IMG/VR virus record: IMGVR_UViG_3300044769_000253
Location: 15,549 to 79,548 of that record
Reading direction: 5' to 3' (one strand)
Source: a virus
Length of the DNA: 64,000 nucleotides
Shown here in pieces: positions 18,031 through 26,941 of this stretch; the first letter of the stretch is position 1; each line of letters opens with the position of its first letter. Below the pieces are notes generated by a model. That model was not told the origin of the DNA. It saw only the letters and a list, made by a program, of their open reading frames with translations, and searched no databases. A program made the translations under genes and the position numbers.

Positions 18031-18266
18031 ACACGGAGACAGCCTTCGTGGTGGTAATAGGTGCCTGTATGTCGGTGTTCGCAACGTCCGTGCGTTGCGA
18101 GACACTCAGTCCAGGAACGCTGCGCGTCTACGTGCGGCAAGAGGTGCCGGGTTGGGCAAGCGGGTTCGGCATTACCCCGGAGTGGTGGCTTGGCGAGGTC
18201 ACGGAAGCGTTTCGCGAAGCGTTCCCACAGTCGTGGGACGTTGCATTCGTTGCGGAGGTTGACTGA
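18027..18266 (+). CDS. small hypothetical protein
   Basis: GTG 18027 overlaps upstream TGA. Confidence 0.4.
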   Translation: MNTETAFVVVIGACMSVFATSVRCETLSPGTLRVYVRQEVPGWASGFGITPEWWLGEVTEAFREAFPQSWDVAFVAEVD

Positions 18267-18267
18267 A

Positions 18268-19449
18268 ATGAACGAGCGACATCCCGAGGCGTTGCCATGG
18301 ATCTTTGCGCGCTCTGATTCATCAGAGATGCTGACCGTTTGGGAGCGAAGTGGTTTCGATGCATGCCAGCGCGCACCGAGGGCGTTCTTCGAGGAGAACG
18401 GCGTGCGCGAGGACAACCCACGACTGGTGGTGAACCCCTGCCTGGAGCTTTCAAAGGCAAAAGAGATTGCGCTGAAGCTCGAGACAATGCCGCGATGCGT
18501 CTGGACCTCCGAGCCTGGAGAGCACAACAAAGAGGCGCTTCAACTCGAGTCAGCGCAGGAGGAGGAACACCTCGAAGGGCGAATTGCAGACCTGAACGAT
18601 GGCGATGCGAAGCGACTCGAACTCGCCATGATGGAAGCATCGACCAAAATGGCCCAGCGCGTGTCCATCGACATGGCAACAGCGATGGGACTCCTCGAGA
18701 GGATTTCGCAGCTGGAGCAGTACCGCGACGAAAGGATCGAGGATTGCTTGCGGCTGAGCGCGGAGGTCGAAGCGGCACGAAAGCTGATTTCTGAACTGCG
18801 CATCGGGTGGCTGGACGGGATCGATCAGAACGGAGAGAGACACCCGCCGAGCTCAGTGGAGCACAGATTGCGCGCATGTTTCGAGCGCGAACCGGACCGC
18901 AGCAACGTAGAATCGAAACGGGAAGCAAGGCCTGAGTGGCGACTCCAAGCCAGACCTGGTCAGCTCGCTCCGAGCGGGGATTGGACTGTGTGGCTGATTG
19001 CCAAGGATCGTGGTTGGGGAAAGACGAGGGCTGCATCCGAGTGGATCCGCGAGCGTGTCAACGCGGGCGCGCGAAATATCGCCCTGGTTGGACCGACGCC
19101 CGAGTTCGTCGAAATGATGGTGGAACAGCTGCTGGACTGTTGCCCTCAGACGGAGGCGAGTTACTCGCCCGGCAAGCGGCGGGTGACGTTTGCGAACGGT
19201 GCAATCGCGACGACGTACTCTGCGGAAGAGCCCGATCAGCTTCGAGGTCCGCAGCACGACACCGCGTGGTGTGACGAGCCGGCGAAGTGGCGCTATCCCG
19301 AAGCGTGGGACCAGCTCATGTTCGGACTGCGCCTTGGTTTCCCACTCAAGAACGGTGGCGAGTCGAGCGAGCGCCCTCGCTGCGTCGTGACCAAGAAGCT
19401 TGAATTGATCGATCTGATCCATCGGGATTGGGAGTATGTCGTCACATGA
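18268..19449 (+). CDS. fusion of an unknown helical domain to a truncated terminase-large-subunit ATPase domain
   Basis: From about 18937: RGWGKTR (Walker A), AWCDEPAKW (Walker B); 53 aa identical to TerL; no nuclease domain. Confidence 0.78.
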   Translation: MNERHPEALPWIFARSDSSEMLTVWERSGFDACQRAPRAFFEENGVREDNPRLVVNPCLELSKAKEIALKLETMPRCVWTSEPGEHNKEALQLESAQEEEHLEGRIADLNDGDAKRLELAMMEASTKMAQRVSIDMATAMGLLERISQLEQYRDERIEDCLRLSAEVEAARKLISELRIGWLDGIDQNGERHPPSSVEHRLRACFEREPDRSNVESKREARPEWRLQARPGQLAPSGDWTVWLIAKDRGWGKTRAASEWIRERVNAGARNIALVGPTPEFVEMMVEQLLDCCPQTEASYSPGKRRVTFANGAIATTYSAEEPDQLRGPQHDTAWCDEPAKWRYPEAWDQLMFGLRLGFPLKNGGESSERPRCVVTKKLELIDLIHRDWEYVVT

Positions 19450-19700
19450 AAGTTCTAAAGCGCGGCCGCGGCCAGAAGGGATGGTCAACGAAAGCGACGT
19501 GCACCGGCACAGGCAACGGCGGCGGCGGTTGCGGAGCCCAGCTGCTCGTGGAGGAAGCGGACTTGTTCCGTACGCAGCGGCAGTCTTACGGCGAGGAAGC
19601 GCCCGAGCTGTTCGCAACGTTCACATGCTGCGAATGCGGCGTGTTGACGGACGTGGAGAACTACCCGAGGACGCGCGAACTCGCGGGACGCACGGCGTGA
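19446..19700 (+). CDS. small Zn-ribbon protein
   Basis: C...CGA and CCECG; ATGA coupling. Confidence 0.55.
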   Translation: MKVLKRGRGQKGWSTKATCTGTGNGGGGCGAQLLVEEADLFRTQRQSYGEEAPELFATFTCCECGVLTDVENYPRTRELAGRTA

Positions 19701-19746
19701 AGATTCAGCCTTGACGAGAGGTTGCACCAGCAGAAAGAGAAGAAGC

Positions 19747-20991
19747 ATGGAGTACGAAAAGCGAAAATATCAGGAGACTGCAATCGCGGAGGTGCACGTG
19801 AGCATCGCCGCGGGCAAGCGCGCTCCCTGCCTGGTCATGCCGATCGGCAGTGGTAAGACGTACGTTGCGGCTCGCATCGCCAGTAGCGGACGCATTCTGT
19901 GGGTGGCTCCATCACAGGAGCTAGTGCAGCAGGCTGCAGAGGTGACGGTTGGAATGTACGGGATCGACGCCGTCAGCGTGATGATGCCGGGCGGACACTA
20001 CCGCCCGCACGCACGGATCCAGGTTGCAACCGTTGGAACGCTATTGGCGCGTGGGCTGCCAGAGAACGTAGACAAGCTCATACTGGACGAATGCCATCAC
20101 ATGCCGGCCGATGTGTGGCGCAGCATCCCTGACGAGTACAAGAGCTGTTCGCGCATCGGCCTGACTGCGACGCCTGAGCGCTCAGACGGCAAACCGCTCG
20201 GCGACATCTTCGACCATCTGATTGTCGGTGCGCGACGGCAAGACCTCGTCGAGCAGGGCATTCTCGTGCCGTGGGTGATCTACCAATCAGAGCGGCACAT
20301 GGGTCATGATTACGCTGTCGATCCTCTGGCCGCATGGAGGGAGCTGACGAAGCTACTTCCAGACCCGCGGACATTCGCCTACTTTCGGGACGTGTCGGAG
20401 GCCGAGGCTTGGGCGCGCGCGTTTGAGCAAGCTGGCATTCCGTCGGCGTGTATCAGCTGCATGACACCGGACGGGGACAGGACCCAGATCCTGGACGGGT
20501 TGCGACGACGAAACGACTGCCGGCAGATCGATGTGGTGACAAACGTGGGCACGATGGGAGAGGGTGTCGACGTGCCGCCAGTCAGCTGCGTTATCCTGGC
20601 GAGCCAATTCCGCTTTGGTGGCAGGTACGTGCAAGCCTGCGGGCGCGCGGGGCGTTGTTCGCCAGGTAAGGAGTTCGCGCTGCTAATCGACCCAATCGGA
20701 TCGAGTCGGCGACACGGCAACCCCAACGACGATTGGGAGTACTCCCTCGAAGGTCGCGATGGTATGCGCAGAATTCAGATCGTGAATGGACCGAAGGGCG
20801 GGAACGGGCCGCGGGAACGAAGCACGCCGGTGACGGCGGACAATGCCCTCATCCTTTCGGACGCCACTGACTACACCGGTGCCGGCGCTGAGAAGTTCGT
20901 GCGCCGGTATCTGGCGCAGCCCAACGCGCAGCGGCTGGCGAAGGCACAGAGTCGCATCGCGCACACCCTAGCCGGAGGAATGGCGGAATGA
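19747..20991 (+). CDS. SF2 DEAD/DEAH-box helicase (ResIII/UvsW-like)
   Basis: MPIGSGKT, LDECHH, GLTATPER, EGVDVP, QACGRAGR. Confidence 0.85.
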   Translation: MEYEKRKYQETAIAEVHVSIAAGKRAPCLVMPIGSGKTYVAARIASSGRILWVAPSQELVQQAAEVTVGMYGIDAVSVMMPGGHYRPHARIQVATVGTLLARGLPENVDKLILDECHHMPADVWRSIPDEYKSCSRIGLTATPERSDGKPLGDIFDHLIVGARRQDLVEQGILVPWVIYQSERHMGHDYAVDPLAAWRELTKLLPDPRTFAYFRDVSEAEAWARAFEQAGIPSACISCMTPDGDRTQILDGLRRRNDCRQIDVVTNVGTMGEGVDVPPVSCVILASQFRFGGRYVQACGRAGRCSPGKEFALLIDPIGSSRRHGNPNDDWEYSLEGRDGMRRIQIVNGPKGGNGPRERSTPVTADNALILSDATDYTGAGAEKFVRRYLAQPNAQRLAKAQSRIAHTLAGGMAE

Positions 20992-23249
20992 CCACGGAGG
21001 TTTTGAAATACTACGTCCACGAAATCACCGAGGGGAAAGAGTGGGCAGTGTACGTCCGCGACGAACAGGACACCAAGCGCGTGGATCACATGGCGCTCGG
21101 TCATGACTACTACCGCAAGCTCCTGGCCGCGCACGTGTCGGCGCGCGAGGAGTACCGGCGGATTCGCCGCGAAACGCTGCCATCGATCGCTGCGTTGGAG
21201 TCCGAAGTCGCTGGGTTCAATGATCGGTTGGAGGAGATACTGCAGGACATACGGAACGCACGGCGCAAGGCTTCGGCACCTCGTACTGCAGACGGCCCAG
21301 CGCACCCGCAGCGACTGCCCGCGACCGGCGCGCAGCGCGAAGAGATCGAGCGTTTGCGAGATCGGCAGAAGAGCCTCTATGCCGAGTTTAAGGAGCGGCG
21401 AAGCGAGTTCGACGCACTCTTGGCGCCGGCCGCAGCCGAGTACGAGCGCCGCACTACGGGCTGCCCCATCGCGCTCATCGAACAGATTGCGGAACTGGGA
21501 CGCCAACTGAAAGCTGCCAAGAGGACGCGCGACAACCCGGACGTGCCTGCGCTAAAGCGCGCGCTGAGCGACGCGAAAAAACGCAAGAAAGACATCTCAC
21601 CCAAGACGCACGCGAAGCGCCAGGCGAACATGGATACGCTGGGCGAAATGCTGGTCGAGGACTGGCCCGAGCCGTGGAAGGCCGTCATGCGGTCCAGACA
21701 GAAGCGCGACGAGCAATGCAAGAAGCTGCGCGCTGAAAGCGGGCTGACACATGGCACTTACAGCGCCGTCGAGGACGCCGTGAAGACTGCGCTAAAAACG
21801 AGCGAGGGCGACCCGCACGTGAAAGGGTTTCGCGCGCGCAAAATAGGACTGCAGATTCAGAACAAACCACTCAGCGGGGAAGCTTTCAAAGTAGGCAGCG
21901 ACGATCGGCTCCGCATCGTTTCGTGCGAGCGCAGCTTCGGCCGGAGAGATCCGAGCAAACGAGTTGCTCGGCGCGACGATCCGAAGCGCCCGTCGAACCG
22001 GCAGCTACGTCGACACGCGGTCGCACGAATGCGCCTGGCAAAGGATCGGTACGTCAGCATGGCGGTGCTGCTGCACCGAGACATACCAGATGATGCCCGC
22101 ATCACGTGGGCCTACCTCGTCCCGCGCATCGGTGGAGATGGTCGGACGCGCTACTCACTGCAGCTGACGGTGAATCTGAGTCGCCCGATGGTCCAGCGCA
22201 GCCAAGGGGCTGGCGATTGCGTCGTGCGGCTGGGTTGGTCGATGGATCCTGAGGGTGATGGGATCGTTGTCGCACGAGCGAACGGAGAGGCCGTTACAAG
22301 CGGAGCGCGTATTGTCAAGCGCACCGAGATCGTCTCGGATATTCGTGGATGGCGGGACAAGTGGTTCGAGGGCTCGAAAGGCGACCCGGGGCGCGGTGTG
22401 AGAGACGTGCTTGCTCTCTGGATCCAAGAGAACCCGTCTCTTGTTCCCGACTGGATGGTGGAAGCGACATCGGCAAAGTCAGGCGATGACACGCATCGCA
22501 AGCGCGGGTCGCTGCGCCAGTGGAAGAACCATCGCGCGCTCGCCAGGATCGCCAGACGGTGGGTGCAGGAAATTCCTGGGCTGAGGGCCGAAGTGGTCGG
22601 CGAGCAACGGCATGAGCCCAGGGCGTGGCGCGAGAAACGCAGCCGGTGGAGCAATCGGTTTTCCCGCACGCCGCGGACACGGTTGCAGCAACTGTGGGTC
22701 GATTGGTGCCGCACACGCGACGCAATGCGCACCGACTACGAGAACGCCAGCGGCGATTACCACGTGGCGAACCGCGAGGTGCTGAACGCCTGGCTCAGTG
22801 AGCGACACGGCATCACCGACCCCGCCATGCAGATGGCGATCTGGCTCGAATGGTGGCGGCGCAAGGACGCACACCTGGAGCGCTATGCGCGGGAGCTGGA
22901 AATCAAGGCGCGAGCAGAGCGCAAGAACCGGTATCGGTGCGTAGCGGCGAAGTTGTCCCAGCGATATGGCAGGGTGCTGGTCGACAAATTCGACCTGCGG
23001 CAGGCGGCCCGGCACAGCAAAACCGACGAGGAAGCCGACGAACTGAATGAGCGCGCACGCTGGCAGCGGACGGTGGCGAGCCCGAGCGAGTTCATCGAGT
23101 GTCTTCAGGCGGCCTTTGGCCCGGAGCGCTTCAAGGTCCGGAAACGCGAGCGGTCCGGTGACGAGCCGGACCCAGGAGGCGCTCGCGGATCGCCAGGGGA
23201 GCATGAAAACCGCGCGGAAAGTGTTGCCGGATTGGCGGCTGCGGAGTAA
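20988..23249 (+). CDS. cas12m: Cas12m-like (type V-M/V-U1) nuclease-dead CRISPR effector, 753 aa
   Basis: Collinear Cas12m-type motifs recognised from memory: long Arg-rich N-terminal helices, LHRDIPDDARITWAYLV, VVRLGWS (RuvC-I Asp to Arg414), QWKN..LA.IA..W, RY..VAAKLS..YG.VLVD (RuvC-II position, Asp666), R..ASPSEF; no Zn finger or RuvC-III; directly upstream of the array. Confidence 0.8.
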   Translation: MTTEVLKYYVHEITEGKEWAVYVRDEQDTKRVDHMALGHDYYRKLLAAHVSAREEYRRIRRETLPSIAALESEVAGFNDRLEEILQDIRNARRKASAPRTADGPAHPQRLPATGAQREEIERLRDRQKSLYAEFKERRSEFDALLAPAAAEYERRTTGCPIALIEQIAELGRQLKAAKRTRDNPDVPALKRALSDAKKRKKDISPKTHAKRQANMDTLGEMLVEDWPEPWKAVMRSRQKRDEQCKKLRAESGLTHGTYSAVEDAVKTALKTSEGDPHVKGFRARKIGLQIQNKPLSGEAFKVGSDDRLRIVSCERSFGRRDPSKRVARRDDPKRPSNRQLRRHAVARMRLAKDRYVSMAVLLHRDIPDDARITWAYLVPRIGGDGRTRYSLQLTVNLSRPMVQRSQGAGDCVVRLGWSMDPEGDGIVVARANGEAVTSGARIVKRTEIVSDIRGWRDKWFEGSKGDPGRGVRDVLALWIQENPSLVPDWMVEATSAKSGDDTHRKRGSLRQWKNHRALARIARRWVQEIPGLRAEVVGEQRHEPRAWREKRSRWSNRFSRTPRTRLQQLWVDWCRTRDAMRTDYENASGDYHVANREVLNAWLSERHGITDPAMQMAIWLEWWRRKDAHLERYARELEIKARAERKNRYRCVAAKLSQRYGRVLVDKFDLRQAARHSKTDEEADELNERARWQRTVASPSEFIECLQAAFGPERFKVRKRERSGDEPDPGGARGSPGEHENRAESVAGLAAAE

Positions 23250-23335
23250 AACCGGATGGACATCGCGCAGCAAAACCGGAGGCTCTCGCAATATGCGTGG
23301 CATCACCGCGAAAACAGACGCGGAACGGTGGACCT

Positions 23336-23806
23336 GCTCCAATGGCATCGCGACGCCTACGAGATCGCGACTCGACACGTTGACCCGGGTGTCGGAGCGG
23401 ACCGGCGGCTCCAATGGCATCGCGACGCCTACGAGATCGCGACAGCGTGATGACGCCGCCGGCGATCGTCAGCGGCGTGCTCCAATGGCATCGCGACGCA
23501 TTGGAGATCGAGTCACGACGATCCACGGCGGCCTGCCATCAGGGCCTTCGTCGGCTCCAATGGCATCGCGACGCCTACGAGATCGCGACCCTGCGCTGGG
23601 CGCACCAACGAGCGCGACACGCCACGCTCCAATGGCATCGCGACGCCTACGAGATCGCGACAGCGAGGGTCGCTCGAGCAGCATCGAATCCAGGCGCTCG
23701 CTCCAATGGCATCGCGACGCCTACGAGATCGCGACGCGTGGATCTGGAAAAGGCGGCTCCCCTGAGGGATGCTCCAATGGCATCGCGACGCCTACGAGAT
23801 CGCGAC
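23336..23806 (+). CRISPR. CRISPR mini-array: 7 x 36-nt repeats, 6 spacers (36,35,39,36,38,35 nt)
   Basis: GCTCCAATGGCATCGCGACGCCTACGAGATCGCGAC at 23336, 23408, 23479 (5 mismatches), 23554, 23626, 23700, 23771; partial repeat end GAGATCGCGAC at 23815-23825; TCGCGA stem. Confidence 0.97.
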
Positions 23807-23838
23807 CCGAGCCTGAGATCGCGACTAAAGGAAAAAGG

Positions 23839-24185
23839 ATGACAAACGCAACCCAACTGACGGACGTTCCACGCGGCAACCACGACGATCGGGTCTACGA
23901 CGGATTCCTTGATTCGTTCCACCCGTCCGAGCGCCAGTACCACAACTGCAGCGCGTGCCGGCACTTCATTCAGCGGTTCACCCGCGCGCGTCGATGATCG
24001 GCACGCTGCTGGAGGACATTGAGGAGGGACTGGACTTCGGGGACGTGTCACGCAAGTTCGCTAGCAAGATGCATCCACTGCAGTACCAGCGCCCGCAGGC
24101 AGCGCCGTCGGTCGGCAACATCGAAGAGTCGGAGAAGATCGTCGCGAAGCTCAGCACGGGGGAGCCGATGGGCGAAAGGAAGTGA
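23839..24185 (+). pseudogene. deletion remnant of a larger phage protein, two out-of-frame halves
   Basis: ...HNCSACRHFIQRF joined out of frame near 23978 to HPRASMIGTLLEDI...KMHPLQYQRPQAAPS; I recall these as N- and C-terminal parts of one phage protein family. Confidence 0.5.
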
Positions 24186-24309
24186 TGCAGACGGCGATTG
24201 TGAGCGGCGGCGTGACGGTGACCTTGAGGATGGCGACGTCTTCGGGGGCGCCCGCGACTTACATCGGCGATTCGCTGGAAGGCCCGTGGCGACTCAAGGA
24301 GACGACGAC

Positions 24310-24477
24310 ATGAAGCTGAGTTCTATCAACCGAGTGCTCCGATGGTTCGGCCTGGTGCTCGTGGTTGCCGTACCCGACGGCGACTGCCTAGAGGGCAACG
24401 AGGATACGCCGATCAGACTCTGGATCGAACGCTGGCTTACGTTCGAGCGCAGGTGCCGCGCGCAGGCCATGCTCTAG
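24310..24477 (+). CDS. small hypothetical protein
   Basis: GGAG RBS, ATG 24310. Confidence 0.4.
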   Translation: MKLSSINRVLRWFGLVLVVAVPDGDCLEGNEDTPIRLWIERWLTFERRCRAQAML

Positions 24478-24544
24478 AAACACGAAAGCCCCGCTTGCGC
24501 GAGGCCTCCGGAACGTTGGCGACGTTGGATCGGAAGGCTACACG

Positions 24545-25480
24545 ATGCAGGCAATCAAAACAACCAAGCGCACCGGGCGGGCACCGGTGTGCACCGCACT
24601 CGAGTCGCCGCCGGACTGGCGCGCGGAGTGGAAGCGGCGTGTCGCGTTAGCGAAAGTGTCACGCTACCTGAGTGCCGGGGACCTGACCGACGTGAGGTGG
24701 TACTTCCACCGTGAACGTGGGTTCGAGTCGTCGCCGTACTACGGTATGTGGCAGCGGGCGCTCCTGTACTCGCGTGGCGCGGTCCCATGCAGGCAATGCG
24801 GCGGGTCCGAAGACGCCGCAGGCAGTCCTGGGTGCGGCTTCGAAATGCCCGACGGCCAGACCCCTCTCGTGCCACGGAACGAAGAGGAAGCGCGCTTGCT
24901 TAGGCTTCTGGAGGTGGAGCTGCCGTCCCCCCTGGGCGACAGGGTGTGCTCCGAGTGTGATGGCAAGGGCTGGATCATCGAGAAATATCGCCGCAATTTC
25001 GCCGGTGCAGTGAGCGCGCGCCCGATGGGTTCGAGCATCAAGTCGAAGATGGGCGGGTCCATCGAGATGTCGGGCGACAACATCTGGCGGCTGGGGCACG
25101 TGATGCGCCTGCTCCGGGAGGCGACCGCCCGCTTCCCCATGGCCACGCTGGTGTTCGAGTGTTTCTACTCGCCGGGCGGGGAGCCACTCGACCCGGCCGA
25201 AGAAAAGCCGGTGACGCTCACCAAGCGGCGCCTCGAGCGTGAAGCTGGGCTCGCGGGCGTGTGGGAAATCACGCCGGCCGGGAAGACCATGCTCAAACAA
25301 AACAGTTTCAAGCTCCACCCGCTGCAATACTTCGCAAATCAGCGAGAAGAGCAGCGACGCAAGCCGAAAGCGGCACGGGGTGACGCTTTCAAGGCGGCCG
25401 ACGATCAGGCAAAGATGCTCGTCGCACGGTCGAACATCGCTTGGAACATGGCCAAATCGGGGATTTGGGTGGCCGAATGA
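24545..25480 (+). CDS. DnaJ-type Zn-finger protein, possible late-gene regulator
   Basis: CRQCGG and CSECDGKG; position before packaging genes. Confidence 0.5.
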   Translation: MQAIKTTKRTGRAPVCTALESPPDWRAEWKRRVALAKVSRYLSAGDLTDVRWYFHRERGFESSPYYGMWQRALLYSRGAVPCRQCGGSEDAAGSPGCGFEMPDGQTPLVPRNEEEARLLRLLEVELPSPLGDRVCSECDGKGWIIEKYRRNFAGAVSARPMGSSIKSKMGGSIEMSGDNIWRLGHVMRLLREATARFPMATLVFECFYSPGGEPLDPAEEKPVTLTKRRLEREAGLAGVWEITPAGKTMLKQNSFKLHPLQYFANQREEQRRKPKAARGDAFKAADDQAKMLVARSNIAWNMAKSGIWVAE

Positions 25481-25926
25481 GCCAACACCTGATGAGCTTC
25501 GCGCAGGCGGCGGCATCTCTCGGATGGAGCGGCTCAAAGCGGGCCCGAGGCCTCAGGTTGATGCGTCTGGTCATGGCCCGCGAGCGGGAGATCGGTCGCC
25601 GAATCGCGACCAGGATTCCAAACGCGTCGCGGACCAACTACCGGGTGACGCTGAGCGTGCTGCGCCGCCACCTGCCGAGCCTGTTCAAAAGCAAGGTCGA
25701 CGAGCTCGGTGAGAACATGCGGGGGTATCTGGCCGCGATCGACGAAAAGATCGCCGAGGCCGCCGCCGAACACGTGAGCGAATACGTGGAGCCCAGACTC
25801 CAGGAACTCTGGGACAGGGACGAACACCTCGCAGAACGCGTGAACGACCTTGGTTTACGCGTGAAACTGCTCGCTGACAGGCTGCCGACCCAAGCACGCC
25901 GAAGCACGCCGAAGCACACCGCATAG
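25477..25926 (+). CDS. hypothetical protein, possible N-terminal HTH plus coiled coil
   Basis: MSFAQAAASLGWS; ATGA coupling. Confidence 0.5.
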   Translation: MSQHLMSFAQAAASLGWSGSKRARGLRLMRLVMAREREIGRRIATRIPNASRTNYRVTLSVLRRHLPSLFKSKVDELGENMRGYLAAIDEKIAEAAAEHVSEYVEPRLQELWDRDEHLAERVNDLGLRVKLLADRLPTQARRSTPKHTA

Positions 25927-26209
25927 CCGTAAGGGTAAAGGGGCAGCGAGACGATCGCGCGCGCTCTCCGGTTGGAAAATCCGGCGAGCCAAGGCGATGC
26001 AGTCGGCGCAGCGCCTCCCGAGCCGAAAACGGAACGACGTGATCAGACGGCCAGACGCGCACACGACGCGACAGCGAAGCGACGAGGCGACGAGAGCGGA
26101 ACGAGCCGAGCTCGAGCAGGGCGCTACAGTCCTGCAGGAGCTGAACGGTTCGACACGGCGCGACATCGCCGAGGTCTGGCTCGAGGAGACGCGGCGGCGC
26201 GCTTGATGC

Positions 26210-26279
26210 GGTCACAGGCCCCGGCGGGCCAGCCTGGTTCATGCCCAGGTGTTGCCTCGTTCAACTCGAGGGGGAAAGA
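26210..26279 (+). other. tRNA-like structure (anticodon CAT) without a paired acceptor stem
   Basis: Anticodon arm CCTGG-TTCATGC-CCAGG (26233-26249), 5-nt variable loop, T arm CCTCG-TTCAACT-CGAGG (26255-26271). Confidence 0.35.
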
Positions 26280-26287
26280 GAGACATC

Positions 26288-26941
26288 GTGGCAGCGCGAA
26301 AGGGTCGCCCCAAGGGGCCGTCCGAGATTGCGAGTGCTCCGCGCCGCCCGAATGCTCTGCCTTCGGCATCGCGAGCGGAAAGTACCATGAGCGCGCGCGC
26401 GCGTTCTTCTGTCGTCGAATTGAAGCAGACGCTCATCAACGAGCGCCTCAAGGACCCGGCGACCCAGCTCAAGATCGACCCTCGTTTGCCCAAGGGCAGG
26501 CCAGGGAAGCGCGAGCGGCTCGACTACATCATCGAGCTGATGGTTTCGAACCGCTGGGTCACCGGCATCACCGGCCCGATGCTCGCATCGATCTGGGGCC
26601 TCGCGAAGGTCACGGTCGATAAGGATGCCGCCGAGGCGTCGCGCCAGATCGGGTCGTTTTCGCGAGCGGACCGGGAGCAGCGCAAGGCGCTGTGGCTCGC
26701 AAATCTGGAGTCAGCGCGCGCGAAGGCCTACCGAGACTGTCGAATGGAATCGGTGAAGGGGCTTCTGGAACTCGAGGGCAAGGCGTTCGGTTTCTTCGAG
26801 CCTGAACGCCACTCCGTGGACGTCGAGGTTTCGAATGCAGCTGAGCTTGCCGAAAGGATCGGAGAGGTCGCCCGCCGAATGGCTGGCGAGTCTACCGGAA
26901 GCGCACCGAGCGAAGATCCTGACGGAGCTGAGCGACGCTGA
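26288..26941 (+). CDS. terS: terminase small subunit (putative)
   Basis: Directly upstream of and overlapping TerL; helical, C-terminal AAELAERI; start uncertain. Confidence 0.6.
   Translation: MAARKGRPKGPSEIASAPRRPNALPSASRAESTMSARARSSVVELKQTLINERLKDPATQLKIDPRLPKGRPGKRERLDYIIELMVSNRWVTGITGPMLASIWGLAKVTVDKDAAEASRQIGSFSRADREQRKALWLANLESARAKAYRDCRMESVKGLLELEGKAFGFFEPERHSVDVEVSNAAELAERIGEVARRMAGESTGSAPSEDPDGAERR

Noticed and set aside
19173-19332. Diversity-generating retroelement TR/VR pair as explanation of the terL duplicate
   Set aside because: No reverse transcriptase in the window; differences are synonymous and not adenine-specific
23250-23335. tracrRNA/anti-repeat in the leader
   Set aside because: No reverse-complement match to the repeat; only a twice-repeated AAAACCGGA (23248, 23272)
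23047-23997. Track ORFs spanning the CRISPR array
   Set aside because: Their repeated peptides are translations of the repeats
25891-25920. 10-mer tandem repeat (AAGCACGCC core, x3)
   Set aside because: Short, at the end of a CDS, no supporting context
25925-25995. Second degenerate tRNA-like sequence
   Set aside because: Anticodon loop lacks U33, T loop is non-canonical, stems are weak
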